NCBI GenBank assembly: GCA_043802525.1 | Contig: JAZDKY010000075.1 | Location: 267 to 64,266 of the forward strand | Reading direction: 5' to 3' | Length of the DNA stretch: 64,000 nt | From: a bacterium | GTDB taxonomy: Bacteria > Verrucomicrobiota > Kiritimatiellia > CAIVKH01 | Shown here: piece after piece, positions 9,504 through 19,864 of the stretch | How positions within the stretch are numbered: the first letter of the stretch is position 1 | How the letters are laid out: the number at the start of each line of letters is the position of its first letter | Program-made: the position numbers and the translations under genes | The notes under the pieces: generated by a model | Databases searched by the model: none | Told to the model about the DNA's origin: nothing | The model's input: the letters and a program-made list of their open reading frames with translations, nothing else

Positions 9504-10538
9504 CTAGTTCGACTTCACCTGCGTCCAGATCTGGTCGTAGAGCTTGGAGACTTCGCCCAGGTCCTTGATGAATTCCAGCCTGGCCATGATGTCCGCGGGC
9601 GGGTAGATGGCCGTGTTCTCCAGGTCTTCCTTGGTGACGAACTCGCGCGCGGCCTTGTTGGGCGTTGCGTACTTGTTGAAGTTCGAGAGCTGGGCCCCGA
9701 CCTTGGCGTCGAGGATGTAGTTGATGAACGTTTCGGCCATGTCGCGGTTCGGGGCCTTGGCGGGGATGGCCATGTTGTCGAGCCAGATCTCGCCGCCCTC
9801 GCGCGGGACGAAGTAGACGGTCTGCGGGTCCTGCTCCATGCCGCGCGCAGCGTCGCGGTTGTAGACGACGGCCAGCGTGGCCGCCTTCGCGAGCACCTTG
9901 TCTTTTCCAACGGCGCTGCTCTCGAAGCCGTGCGACCGGCCCCTTGCTTCGAGCAACGCCGCCCGCGCGGCAATGATCGCATTCGCGTCGGTCGCATTGA
10001 TGCTCGCGCCCGTGTATTTCAGCGCCGCGCCGATCTGCTCGCGGAGGGAGTCGATCAGGATAAACGGACCGGGCTGCTTGCTTCCGTCGAACACCAGGCC
10101 CCAGGTCTTGTCGATCGGCTTGTCGTCGTCCTTGCGCATGTAGATGCCGACGGTGCCCCATTGGTAGGGTGCGGTGTACTGGTTACCCGGGTCGAACGGC
10201 GGGCTTGCGAAGCGCGTATCGACGTTGGCGAGGTTCGGGATGTTCTCGTGGCGCAGGGGCGCGAGGATGTTGAGCCTGATCAGTTCACGGACGACGTAGT
10301 CCGGCGAGACGGCAATGTCACAGAGAGGGTCCTCACCGCCCCGCAGCTTCGCCATCATGGTCTCGTTGTCCTCGAAGAGGACCATCATGACCGTGCAGTC
10401 GAACGCCGCCTCGAACTGCTTCACAATCCCGGGATCGATGTATTCGCTCCGGATGAAGACATTGAGCTTGTTCGTCTGCGCCCATGCGGACGAGGCGACG
10501 AAGAGGGCAAGGGCAACTGGCGCGAGTTTCCTGAGCAT
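9504..10538 (-). CDS. potD: Polyamine (spermidine/putrescine) ABC-transporter substrate-binding protein, PotD/PotF family; orphan
   Basis: Signal peptide MLRKLAPVALALFVASSAWA and a PotD-like fold (YTAPYQWGTVGI..., FVPREGGEIWLDNMAIP). No permease or ATPase genes are adjacent. Confidence 0.7.
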   Translation of the reverse strand: MLRKLAPVALALFVASSAWAQTNKLNVFIRSEYIDPGIVKQFEAAFDCTVMMVLFEDNETMMAKLRGGEDPLCDIAVSPDYVVRELIRLNILAPLRHENIPNLANVDTRFASPPFDPGNQYTAPYQWGTVGIYMRKDDDKPIDKTWGLVFDGSKQPGPFILIDSLREQIGAALKYTGASINATDANAIIAARAALLEARGRSHGFESSAVGKDKVLAKAATLAVVYNRDAARGMEQDPQTVYFVPREGGEIWLDNMAIPAKAPNRDMAETFINYILDAKVGAQLSNFNKYATPNKAAREFVTKEDLENTAIYPPADIMARLEFIKDLGEVSKLYDQIWTQVKSN

Positions 10539-10970
10539 GACCAACTCTCCTTTCGTTTTCGCGGGGCGCTGCAAGAGCGTCGCCCCGAGGGTTCCCGGCA
10601 CCGACGCGAGAACGATCAGCGTCGAGAGCACATTCATGTCCGGCGTGACGCCGCGTTTGACCGACGAATAGATCAGGATCGGGAACGTGTGGCGCCCGTT
10701 CCGATGGTGAAAAAGCTAACCGCAAAAACATCGACGCTCAAGGTGAAAGCGAGCATGGCGCCGGGCTGGTCCCAATGGGGCGGCGATGTTCCGCCTCAGC
10801 GGAGCCGCAAGGGCGGAAGCGAAGCGTTCCCGAAGACTCTCGGCTTCCCCGGCAACCGGGGTAAGCCGACCCTACATCTCGCCGTTCAATTGGGACACTG
10901 CCGATATTCGCGGGCGCTTGCCCTGATGGGCGCCGATTCCTATACTCGTCCGATCGTTGGAAGGAAAATC

Positions 10971-11543
10971 ATGATCACTGTAGTTTCTGGCCTGCCGCGG
11001 TCCGGCACGTCGTTGATGATGCAGATGCTGTATGCCGGCGGCATGCCCGTGTTGACGGATAACCTCCGTACCCCCGACGCCAACAACCCGCAGGGTTTCC
11101 TCGAATACGAAAAGGTCAAGGCCCTCAAGAAGGACAACACGTGGATGGGCGAGGCCGAGGGCAAGGTGGTCAAGATCGTCTCACACCTTCTCCAGAGCAT
11201 GGACATGAAGTACCAGTACCAGATGATCTTCATGGTGCGCGATGTGGAAGAGGTCGTTTCATCGCAGGCGTCGATGCTGGAGCGGCTGGGGAAAACCGGC
11301 TCGCAGGCGCCGACGGAAAGCCTGCTTCGCCACTACGCGCGTCACCTGGCCGAAATCCGCGAGTGGCTCGGCAAGCAGCCGAATGTCCGCGCGCTCTACG
11401 TCTTCCACCGCGACGCAGTCCTGCAGACGGATCGCGAGGCCGGGAAGATCAACGAATTCCTGGGCGGTCGGCTGGACGAGGCGAAGATGAGAGCCATCAT
11501 CGACAGGTCGCTGTACCGGGAACGCAAGTCGAAGAACCAATAA
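10971..11543 (+). CDS. Sulfotransferase-family protein
   Basis: MITVVSGLPRSGTSLMMQML is a 5'-PSB P-loop-like motif of sulfotransferases. RBS GGAAGGAAA upstream. Convergent with cysC. Confidence 0.6.
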   Translation: MITVVSGLPRSGTSLMMQMLYAGGMPVLTDNLRTPDANNPQGFLEYEKVKALKKDNTWMGEAEGKVVKIVSHLLQSMDMKYQYQMIFMVRDVEEVVSSQASMLERLGKTGSQAPTESLLRHYARHLAEIREWLGKQPNVRALYVFHRDAVLQTDREAGKINEFLGGRLDEAKMRAIIDRSLYRERKSKNQ

Positions 11544-11660
11544 GCAATAACCAATAACCAATAACCAGTAACCAATAACCAATAACCAAGAAACAATAAC
11601 CAAAAACCGATATCCAATAACCAGGGAGACGGAGTTTGGTTATTGGTGCCTGGTTATTTC
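11538..11660. repeat. (CCAATAA)n heptamer tandem array (about 11 units) ending in a hairpin CCAATAACC..GGTTATTGG
   Basis: The array starts in the sulfotransferase stop codon (AACCAATAA) and runs to the cysC stop. The inverted copy forms a terminator-like stem. Confidence 0.8.
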
Positions 11661-12290
11661 CGCCTGTTTCCTCTGGAGCACAATAAAGCCCTTGCTGGCG
11701 AGGTGGTGCATCAACTGCCACGCGCTCTGGTCGACCGTGGCGGACGTTGAGTCGATGCGGATGTCCGGGTGCTCGGGGGATTCATAGGCTGACGTGATCC
11801 CGGTGAACTCGGGGATTTTGCCCGCGCGGGCCTTCTTGTAGAGACCCTTCGGATCGCGCTGCTCGCAGACGCTCAAGTCGCAATCCACGAAAACCTCAAA
11901 GAACCGATCCTTACCAAGGATATCCCGCGCCATCTGGCGCTGCGAACGAAGCGGCGAGATGAACGCGGTGATACAAATCACACCGCATTCGGCAAACAGG
12001 CGTGCGACCTCGGCGATGCGGCGGATGTTTTCGTGGCGGTCATCCTGCGTGAAGCCGAGATCCTTGTTCAGGCGATTGCGTACCTCGTCGCCGTCGAGGA
12101 CGAAGGCGATGCGACCGTCACGGACCAGGATCTGTTCGAGGGCCCGGGAGATCGTTGACTTACCTGAGCCGGATAGGCCGGTCAGCCAGAGCACGCACCC
12201 CTTCTGCCCGAGGGCCGCCTCGCGCTCCGCGCGGTCCATGGGCGCCACTTGGTTAAAGACGTGTTTTTCGTGCTGCACAGCATGCTTCAT
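11640..12290 (-). CDS. cysC: Adenylylsulfate (APS) kinase
   Basis: GCVLWLTGLSGSGKSTIS (P-loop) and FISPLRSQRQMARD match APS kinase. The C-terminal codons run into the heptamer hairpin. Confidence 0.85.
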   Translation of the reverse strand: MKHAVQHEKHVFNQVAPMDRAEREAALGQKGCVLWLTGLSGSGKSTISRALEQILVRDGRIAFVLDGDEVRNRLNKDLGFTQDDRHENIRRIAEVARLFAECGVICITAFISPLRSQRQMARDILGKDRFFEVFVDCDLSVCEQRDPKGLYKKARAGKIPEFTGITSAYESPEHPDIRIDSTSATVDQSAWQLMHHLASKGFIVLQRKQAEITRHQ

Positions 12291-12392
12291 GGCAAATTTG
12301 TCACGAATACCGTAAGGAAATGTTCAGCAAAGGTAAATTTAATACTTGTGAATATCGTCGCAGACCGTTACAGGGCAAATGATTACATCGAC

Positions 12393-13931
12393 ATGACCGC
12401 CCAGGAAAACAGAAAGGACTCCGCCCCTCGCACCCTTGTCGCGGCGATTGGGTTTGAAGACCCCTATCGGAAAGGGCTTGTTGCCGGTACGGAGTGGGTC
12501 GGTCCGGTTCTTGCGGTTGCGCAGGATCGGTCGTTTGACCGGGTGATCCTGCTCGCAGCACAAGAGGACATGCCGCGCGCCCACGAGACCGCAGAGGAGT
12601 TGGCACGTCGCCTGCCGGGAGCGGTGGTGGAGATTACGGCGCTGGACGGCGAATTGTTTCAGGTCCCTCCTGTCGTCGCCGAGGCAGAGCTCGGGACGGT
12701 ATATGTCTCCCTGGTCGCGACTTCGCCTGTGGTTCGCGAGCGTTTGATGTCGCTGGCAGGTGAATGGCCCGGTCGCGCGCATATGTTCGATGCGACGTTG
12801 CCGGACTGGCCGTGGTGCGGTCCGTTGGCCATGCGCGACGTCGATGTGCCGTGGCGCGGCGTGGTGCGCGAGCCGCCCGTTGTGTACGCCGCGAACCCGG
12901 TCCGTCGCAACGCATCTCGCGAATCCTCGGCCGAGGACCGGCTCGACCGCGCGACGCGGAAGCTGGGTATCCGCGGCGAGCATCCGGCCATGCGCGACAT
13001 CCTGGCGACAGCGGCCGCCCTCGCCGGGCACCGGGTGCCCGTGCTGATCGAGGGCGAGACCGGCACGGGCAAGACCCTTATCGCGCGGCTCCTTCACGAG
13101 CTCAGCGGGCGCCCCTCCGACCTCTTCGTGCAGATCAACTGCGGCGCGTTGCCGGAAAAGCTCGTGGAGAGCGCGCTCTTCGGGCATCGGAAAGGCGCAT
13201 TTACAGGGGCCACGGAGGACCAGCCCGGCAAGTTCGAATTGGCCGACGGTGGCACGTTGTTCCTCGATGAAATCGGGGAGCTTCCGCTGGAACTTCAACC
13301 GAAATTTCTCAAGGTGCTGGAGGACGGCCTGGTCGAGCCGGTCGGCGCGCGGAAGGGGCGCAAGGTCGACGTGCGCATCATCGCGGCGACGAACCGCGAT
13401 CTCAAGCACGCGATCGACGAGCGGACGTTCCGCGAAGACTTGTACTACCGGTTGTCCTTCGGCGTGCTCCGCATTCCACCGCTGCGCGAACGGGCGAGCG
13501 ACATTCCGCACATCGCGATGCACGCCCTCGCGGCGGTCAACAAATCGCTCCGCCACCCGAAACAACTGTCGCGCGGTGCCCTGACCCGTTTGGAGCGCCA
13601 ATCCTGGCGGGGCAACGTACGCGACCTCGAAAACGTGATCGGCCGATCGGTCCTCCTGTCACAGCAGGATGTCCTCGAGGCCGACGATCTCCTCATCGAG
13701 GACACGCGCCGGGGCAAGGACCCGCTGTCGTTTCTCCCCGTGCCGCACGAAGCTTTTTCCCTTGAGGACTTCCTGGTCAGCGCGCGAAAGCAACTGATGC
13801 TCAAAGCCCTCGAACTCGCCGACGGCAGCCAGACCGCCGCCGCGCGACTGCTCGGCATATCGCCGCAGGCTGTCCATAAATTCCTCAAGACCTCGCCCCC
13901 GTCGCTCGACAGCGACTTCAACCCGCGTTGA
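12393..13931 (+). CDS. Sigma-54-dependent transcriptional activator (bEBP) with an uncharacterised N-terminal sensor domain
   Basis: AAA+ core [21 protein letters not shown]-like [13 protein letters not shown]-terminal [23 protein letters not shown]. The N-terminal 230 aa have no receiver or GAF motifs. Start at MTAQENRK. Confidence 0.8.
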   Translation: MTAQENRKDSAPRTLVAAIGFEDPYRKGLVAGTEWVGPVLAVAQDRSFDRVILLAAQEDMPRAHETAEELARRLPGAVVEITALDGELFQVPPVVAEAELGTVYVSLVATSPVVRERLMSLAGEWPGRAHMFDATLPDWPWCGPLAMRDVDVPWRGVVREPPVVYAANPVRRNASRESSAEDRLDRATRKLGIRGEHPAMRDILATAAALAGHRVPVLIEGETGTGKTLIARLLHELSGRPSDLFVQINCGALPEKLVESALFGHRKGAFTGATEDQPGKFELADGGTLFLDEIGELPLELQPKFLKVLEDGLVEPVGARKGRKVDVRIIAATNRDLKHAIDERTFREDLYYRLSFGVLRIPPLRERASDIPHIAMHALAAVNKSLRHPKQLSRGALTRLERQSWRGNVRDLENVIGRSVLLSQQDVLEADDLLIEDTRRGKDPLSFLPVPHEAFSLEDFLVSARKQLMLKALELADGSQTAAARLLGISPQAVHKFLKTSPPSLDSDFNPR

Positions 13932-14039
13932 TTGTTTCAACCTGCGTTGAAGGTTGCGCCCTCCGGTGTCCAAGCTGGACGCTTTCGTAATTAGTCTCAC
14001 TGCAAAGAGTTATGACTTTGCCTGATCCGCGCTCCTTTC

Positions 14040-14056
14040 TGGCATGGCACCTGCAT
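14040..14056 (+). promoter_or_regulatory. Putative sigma-54 promoter (-24 TGGCAT, -12 CTGCA), 30 nt upstream of the KTSC-ssb operon
   Basis: CTGGCATGGCACCTGCATTT has GG and GC at the canonical 10-nt spacing. It lies immediately downstream of the bEBP gene. Confidence 0.4.
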
Positions 14057-14084
14057 TTACATCCGCGCGAATGAAGGGAGTGTC

Positions 14085-14426
14085 ATGAAGAGTCGTTGGA
14101 TCGTGGTTAGCGTGTTTGGTCTGCAACTGGCCCTTGCCGGTGACGGTCTGGCACACGAGCCATGGAAGCCGGAAGAGGGGGACCTCGTCGCGATCGTGTC
14201 GACCGTGTTCGAGTCAGCCCTTTATGAAGAAGAAGCGAAGGTGCTGGTGGTCACGTTCCGTGGCGGGAGGAGCTACGAGTACTACGGGGTGACTGCGGGC
14301 GTGTATCAAAACCTGTTGAGAGCTGAACACAAAGGAAGGTACTTCAATGCGCACATACGAAATGTCTACGAATGCGAGCGGATCTCAAACCAAGCGGGTG
14401 GCGGAAGGACCGATGGGGGCGGCTGA
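14085..14426 (+). CDS. KTSC-domain protein with signal peptide
   Basis: AIVSTVFESALYEEEAKVLVVTFRGGRSYEYYGVTAGVYQNLLRAEHKGRYFNAHIRNVYECERI matches the KTSC domain consensus. Confidence 0.6.
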   Translation: MKSRWIVVSVFGLQLALAGDGLAHEPWKPEEGDLVAIVSTVFESALYEEEAKVLVVTFRGGRSYEYYGVTAGVYQNLLRAEHKGRYFNAHIRNVYECERISNQAGGGRTDGGG

Positions 14427-14856
14427 CCAGGGCAATCACAAGAAACGTGCGGGCCGGAATTCGATCAACCTCGTGTTTCTGTCGGGCAACCTGACGCGGG
14501 ACCCGGTGCTGCGCCGGACCAGTTCCGGTGTCGCCCTCGCGGATATGGGGCTTGCGTTGTCCGATTCGTGGAGCAACCGGAACGGCGAGAAGGGCGAGTC
14601 GGTCTGTTTTGTCGACGTCATCGTGTGGGAACGGCAGGCGGAGGCCTGCGCGCAGTATCTGGCCAAGGGTTCGCCGGTCTTCATCGAGGGGCGCCTGCAG
14701 TTTGACGAGTGGACCGACAAGGAGGGAGCCCGCCGGAACAAGGTCAAGGTGCGCGCCGAGCGCGTCCAGTTCCTGGGCCATCCGAAATCAACCGCCGCGG
14801 GTGCGGACGTTGACGATGTGGAGGACGACGCGCCGCCGGCGAAAACGCGGCGATAG
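14412..14856 (+). CDS. ssb: Single-stranded DNA-binding protein
   Basis: INLVFLSGNLTRDPVLRRTSSGVALADMGLAL...VIVWERQAEACAQYLAKGSPVFIEGRLQ is an OB fold, and there is an acidic tail DDVEDDAPP. RBS GGAAGGA; start MGAADQ. Confidence 0.8.
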
Positions 14857-15094
14857 TTTGTGCTGACAGGTGAATGTGAGCGCCCCCTGCCGGCTTGTCC
14901 GGCAGGAGCGCCAGGTTGCTGATGGCCGCGCAGACGCAGCCATCAGGAACCGCGTTCACCCGCCTTCGCCGGCTTCGGCGCGGCAGGCTGAGCGGGGCGG
15001 CTACAACAGACAGGCGGCCGCGAAATTTGTTAACCCGCTCTGGCTCGCCGGGTTTCAAGTGCGTATTCCGGCTGGGCCGGGGGGGGGGTAGCCC

Positions 15095-17743
15095 TCACGC
15101 TCGCGGCACCGAGGGCTGCGGCGACAGGGTGGGCTGGAACTCCAACTGTTCAATGACGTAGGAGAGCTCGCGAGGATCGGTGCCCATGTCGTGATGGGCG
15201 GGCACGAACGATGACTCTGCCATGAGGCCTATCCGCGTGAGTCGGCCTTGCGCGCCCGTAGGTACCTTCAGGACGGTGGACTCGTCAGACGACGTGAAGG
15301 TCGCCGTGGCGACTTCACCGTTGTCGATGCTCGCAAAGACCCGGAAGGGGAATACGCCATACAGCTCGGATTGGCTGCATCGGATTCTGATGGCCAGGGT
15401 GTGCGGTCCCGGCAGGGCGGTGTCCAGTTCGAGTTCGGCGAGCGGGCCGGCCCATTTGATGGGATCGCGGTGGTGGAATCCCCTGATTTTCCGCAGCCGG
15501 AAGAAGGGCGTTGCCTGAAGCAGGTCGCCGTCCGCGTTCACGTTGGAGACCATGAGGGACAAGTCGCGGTGATCGGCGTTGATGCCGAGCCGTGCAGGGA
15601 CAAAGGATTCCGAGCAGCAGATATCGATCATGTGGGCGGCAAGCCCCGCTGGCAGGAGAAACCTGATGTCGTGGTGCCCGTCCGTGGCCTGGATCGTCAC
15701 ATCGGCCGCGGCCGCGCCGTTGACGCGCAGCCGTACGCGAAGCGGCCATTGCCGGTAGCAGTGCGCGCGGTTTGCCTGGACGGTGAATCCAAGCGTGTGG
15801 GAACAGGTCGACCGTGTGAGCAACAGCAGCGTGCAACGGCGTGAAATCCAGCGCTGACCCGGCGCATGCGGGGGGTAGCTCCCGTGGAGAAAGCGCGCGA
15901 TGAGGGGAGGTGAATCGACGGCAAGGCCTGTCTGCTTGGTCGGATCAAAGGAGAAAAAGTCGGAGCATGTGCTCAGGTTGCGGTTGTAGAACGGATCCCC
16001 GTGACGAAGCACGTAACGGTGGGACCGTCGCAGGAGGCGTTTGGATGCATGCTCCCCGGGGCTGTCGTCGAAGCGCCCGCGCGTGTGGCCTTCGTCGTGG
16101 TAGAGCAGGGCCCGTGGCGTAAAAATGACGCTGTGCCCGTGGCGGCCGGCGCGGAGGCAAAGGTCGACGTCCTGCCAGGCCCGGTCCATGCGTTCGTTGA
16201 AACCGCCCAGTTCTTTGAAAACGTTGCGGCGAACCATCATGCATGCGCCCGTTACGGCGCTGCATTCGCGGACGACGCCTGCAAACCCGTTATACCCGGG
16301 ATCGTCGTGCGGCATGCCACCGTAGTTGGCCGCGTTGCCTTGGTAGCCGACGATGATGCCGGCGTGTTGTACCGTGTGGTTCGGATAAAGCAGTTTTGCA
16401 CCCGCGATGCCGACGCCGGGCTGGAGAACCTGCTCGAGCAGCGCCTCCAGCCAGTCGGGTGAGATGACCTGTGTGTCGTTGTTGAGGAACACAAGGATAT
16501 CGCCTTTCGCGGCCGCGACGGCCATGTTGTTCATCCGCGAGTAATTGAAACGGCCGCGGTAGGGCAACACGCGATGCCGGAGGCTTGCGAGATAGTCCCG
16601 CGCGGCGGGCTCATCGCTCTCGTGGTCGATCACGAGAAGCTCGAAATTCGGGTAGGTCGTCCGTGCCTCGATGCTCTCGATGCATCGGCGAAGAATGGTG
16701 TCCTGGTTCCTGGTGGGTATGATGATGGATACCATGGGCTGCTCATTGATCGGGTAGCGCACGATGTAGCGCGCCTCGTCGCTGTCGATGCGCGCCGGCG
16801 TTACGTGGCCTGAAATACACCGACGCGCCAGCGCGTCGTGCAAGACCAGGAGGTCGCCCTCTTGCGATGAATGGGGCGGCGGACTGCGGCGCAGGTAAAG
16901 CGCTTCGTCGATGTGCTCGATATTCCGGGCCTGCTCAGTGACGCGCAGATTGAAGTCGTATGCGTGTCCGCCGGCCGCCGTCTCGCGAAAGCCTCCCGCA
17001 GAGTGTGCCATATCGCGGCGCACGACGAGGAGTCCGCCCAGGTAGTTGGTCGACAGAAGAAGGTGTGGCGACCAGTCCGGCTTGTAGAAATGGGCTGCGA
17101 TGGCTCCCCCTTCGTCGAGCGTGACTTCGTCGCTGTACGCAAGGTCGACGTGCGGGTGTCGCACTGCGTGGCGGGTGACGCGGTGCAGGGCCCCTGCGGA
17201 TAACTCGTCGCCCGCACGGAGAAAGCCGACGAAGTTCGCGGTGGCCGCGGCCATCAGAGCATTCAGTTCGCCGATTTCCGTGTCGCTCGACCTGGTGTCC
17301 ACGGCGCGGATTCTCTTGTCGATGGCGGCCGCGACGGTCCACGCGCCCGGGACGCAGAGTTCCCACTGGAGCCACGACTGTCGCAGGAGGGAATGGATCG
17401 ACCGGACCACCAGCGCATAGTCGTCCGAAGGACCACGCGTGAGCAGGATGCTGATTCGTGGACCACTCCGGCCTGCGTGTCGTTCGTTTGCAGTCCGCGT
17501 CGCGCGAAAAGACTTGGCGGCTTGGGAAAGGCGGAACAACCCTGTCAGAAAACGCCCACGCACCGTATGGGCCAGACGTCCCCGTACATCGATCACGTGT
17601 TCGACGGTTCCGGAACAACCGCGGGTGTCCTGTTCCGCAACGACCATGGCATCAAACGCCCGGAGTTTTCCGACGCCGCCTCGCCTGAGACGATTCTGGA
17701 CGCAACTCGATTCCATGTTGTTTTGCGGGACAGGACACGGCAC
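15095..17743 (-). CDS. Large glycosyltransferase with tandem GT2 domains plus a C-terminal domain of about 300 aa of unknown function
   Basis: MVSIIIPTRNQDTILRRCIESI...LVIDHESDEP...LNNDTQVISPDWL (GT-A DXD). An earlier GT2-like segment reads ISILLTRGPSDDYALVVRS. Confidence 0.7.
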   Translation of the reverse strand: MPCPVPQNNMESSCVQNRLRRGGVGKLRAFDAMVVAEQDTRGCSGTVEHVIDVRGRLAHTVRGRFLTGLFRLSQAAKSFRATRTANERHAGRSGPRISILLTRGPSDDYALVVRSIHSLLRQSWLQWELCVPGAWTVAAAIDKRIRAVDTRSSDTEIGELNALMAAATANFVGFLRAGDELSAGALHRVTRHAVRHPHVDLAYSDEVTLDEGGAIAAHFYKPDWSPHLLLSTNYLGGLLVVRRDMAHSAGGFRETAAGGHAYDFNLRVTEQARNIEHIDEALYLRRSPPPHSSQEGDLLVLHDALARRCISGHVTPARIDSDEARYIVRYPINEQPMVSIIIPTRNQDTILRRCIESIEARTTYPNFELLVIDHESDEPAARDYLASLRHRVLPYRGRFNYSRMNNMAVAAAKGDILVFLNNDTQVISPDWLEALLEQVLQPGVGIAGAKLLYPNHTVQHAGIIVGYQGNAANYGGMPHDDPGYNGFAGVVRECSAVTGACMMVRRNVFKELGGFNERMDRAWQDVDLCLRAGRHGHSVIFTPRALLYHDEGHTRGRFDDSPGEHASKRLLRRSHRYVLRHGDPFYNRNLSTCSDFFSFDPTKQTGLAVDSPPLIARFLHGSYPPHAPGQRWISRRCTLLLLTRSTCSHTLGFTVQANRAHCYRQWPLRVRLRVNGAAAADVTIQATDGHHDIRFLLPAGLAAHMIDICCSESFVPARLGINADHRDLSLMVSNVNADGDLLQATPFFRLRKIRGFHHRDPIKWAGPLAELELDTALPGPHTLAIRIRCSQSELYGVFPFRVFASIDNGEVATATFTSSDESTVLKVPTGAQGRLTRIGLMAESSFVPAHHDMGTDPRELSYVIEQLEFQPTLSPQPSVPRA

Positions 17744-19864
17744 TCATCCATGCTGTTGAGCCTTGGGCGCGGTGTGAGCGGACGGATCGACAAGCCGATT
17801 CTTCAGCCGTGTGATCAGGCCAGGCCGGGACGCGAGACGCCCCGTCTTCTGTTCCCGCAGCCATCGTGTCAGTCTTATGCCCAGATGTGCCGCCACGTCC
17901 GCGCGCTCTGCAAGCCGGTTGACGGTATCAAGCTGCACGTCGCGCAAATCGAAAAGCGCCCGGTCACGCGGCTTCCAACTCCATTCGGGCGAGACGTGAT
18001 GAGCCCGAACCGCGTGGATTAGTTTGTCGTTGCCTGACACGATGGAGTACGCGACTTCCTGGAGATCGACGGCGAAACTGTCATGCGGAGGGATCGGTTG
18101 CCCCGATGCAATCTCTGTCCACCGGCTCGCGCCGTCGAGGCGCGGTGGAACGGGTAGTTCCAGCGCCTGCAGGATCGTGGGGAAGAGATCGATGATGTCC
18201 ATGATGCCGTCGATGGTGGTTCCGGCCTGCGCCCGCCCCGCGGCCGATTTGATGATCAGCGGCACGCGCAGGACCTGTTCGGCCAGCAGGTGGTGATGGA
18301 AATGGATGCCATGTTCGCCGAATAACTCCCCGTGCGGTGACGTGACAACGATCGTGGCGGACTCGTAAAGTCCGCGTTCCTTGAGTGCCGCGATGATCTT
18401 GCCGACCTGATCGTCGAGATGGCTGACGCACCCCCTGTACTGGCACACGGGATAGCGGTAGTCCACGATGCCGTCGAGCCACGCGAGAATGTCCTTCTCG
18501 ATTTCCCGCACCTGGGGCAGTAGTCCCTTGAGCCATTCAAGCAGGGCGGCGGGTATGATGCCTTCATCGAGCGCGCGAACCTGGTCTGCGAGCCACACGG
18601 TGAATTCCGTCCTTGAACGTCCGTTCATGGCGGGCGCTCCAAGCGACTGGATGTGTGCCGCAAGATCAGGTCCGTGGGGAATCTTTCCCTGGAAGCATTC
18701 AACAATGCCGCGCAGGCGCTCGTGCAGGAAGGTGTCGATCACCCCTCTTTCCAGCATAGGCACGCCGAGAAGTATCTCCTGAACGCCTTCAATGCCTCGT
18801 ACCTTGGTGATGGCCTCCGGCATGAACTCGTTGCGGGGGTTGGACGGGTCACCCTGATAGTACATGGATCGGTACGGCTCCGGTGGCGTCGCCGGAGGAT
18901 GCGTGTCGAAGAACTCAACCCATGCGAAACAGGATTGGTCCGGACGGCGGTCGAGCCATTGGATGAACTGGCGCGCCGTGATCGATCCGTCCTGCGCGGG
19001 CCTGGCGAGGCAGGGAATCTGCTCATCAAACTGTTGAACAAATCCGGGCCCCTTGTCTCCAACCTCGGCCTCGCTGGCCGCGATCAGGGTGTGGAATCCG
19101 CAGGAGTGCAGGAGCGCCGGCAGACTCATGACGCCGGAGGGAAACGTGGACCATTCCGACAACGTACCGAGCCGCAGTGGATGGACGCCCGTCAGCATTG
19201 CGCAGTACGATCCGGCCGTGGCCCCGGTATGGGCCCGCGCGTGGCGGAACAGCGCGCCGTCGCGGGCCAGCTGGTCGAGGTGCGGCGTGCGCACCTCCGC
19301 GTTGCCGTAGCAGCCGAGAAAGTCCGGTCGGAGCGCGTCCGACGTGATGAACAGGACGAGCGGGTAGGACGGCGGCCGCGCCGCGCGGGTCTGCTCGATC
19401 ACTTCGTCCGTGACGCGGGGTTCGGCCCAGCCCGCCCAGCAATAGTCCGCCGCCGCGCCGGCGGGCGCGCTGGTTTGAAAGATCAGCGAAACGTCTTCGT
19501 GCGCGAGAGAGGTGAGATCGACGTCGAACTCGCGCCACCGGCGATGGTCCGCCCGGTTGCGCGGATCCAATTCCATGGAAAAGACGACGCGCGCCGCCTG
19601 TTCGCGGTCGCGGACCAGGACGCGGAATGTGACGGGCGATGCCATCCGCGTCCAGCAAACCTGTTTCAGCCCGCACGAGAACGCGAGGCGCGGGTGATGA
19701 CCGAGTCGCATCGGCTTGAATTCAACCGTGGAGTCGGGGTGCTGAAACAGCGCCATCCGCGAATCGCGCAGGAGGGTCATCGGCTGGACAGCGACGTGGT
19801 GGGGACCTGGTGAAGTGACGTCAGCCGTGGCGAGGTGATCGATCAGGTGTGTCGTTCGTGTCAT
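17744..19864 (-). CDS. Sulfatase-like hydrolase/transferase (alkaline-phosphatase superfamily); non-canonical active site
   Basis: LVLFITSDALRPDFLGCYGNAEVRTPHLDQLARDGALF is sulfatase-like. The CxPxR FGly motif is replaced by GSYCAMLTG. Confidence 0.6.
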   Translation of the reverse strand: MTRTTHLIDHLATADVTSPGPHHVAVQPMTLLRDSRMALFQHPDSTVEFKPMRLGHHPRLAFSCGLKQVCWTRMASPVTFRVLVRDREQAARVVFSMELDPRNRADHRRWREFDVDLTSLAHEDVSLIFQTSAPAGAAADYCWAGWAEPRVTDEVIEQTRAARPPSYPLVLFITSDALRPDFLGCYGNAEVRTPHLDQLARDGALFRHARAHTGATAGSYCAMLTGVHPLRLGTLSEWSTFPSGVMSLPALLHSCGFHTLIAASEAEVGDKGPGFVQQFDEQIPCLARPAQDGSITARQFIQWLDRRPDQSCFAWVEFFDTHPPATPPEPYRSMYYQGDPSNPRNEFMPEAITKVRGIEGVQEILLGVPMLERGVIDTFLHERLRGIVECFQGKIPHGPDLAAHIQSLGAPAMNGRSRTEFTVWLADQVRALDEGIIPAALLEWLKGLLPQVREIEKDILAWLDGIVDYRYPVCQYRGCVSHLDDQVGKIIAALKERGLYESATIVVTSPHGELFGEHGIHFHHHLLAEQVLRVPLIIKSAAGRAQAGTTIDGIMDIIDLFPTILQALELPVPPRLDGASRWTEIASGQPIPPHDSFAVDLQEVAYSIVSGNDKLIHAVRAHHVSPEWSWKPRDRALFDLRDVQLDTVNRLAERADVAAHLGIRLTRWLREQKTGRLASRPGLITRLKNRLVDPSAHTAPKAQQHG

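Noticed and set aside
12290-12393. Sigma-54 promoter upstream of the bEBP gene (TGGCAAATTTGTCAC)
   Set aside because: The spacing and the -12 GC do not fit the TGGCAC-N5-TTGC consensus, so it is more likely an AT-rich sigma-70 region.
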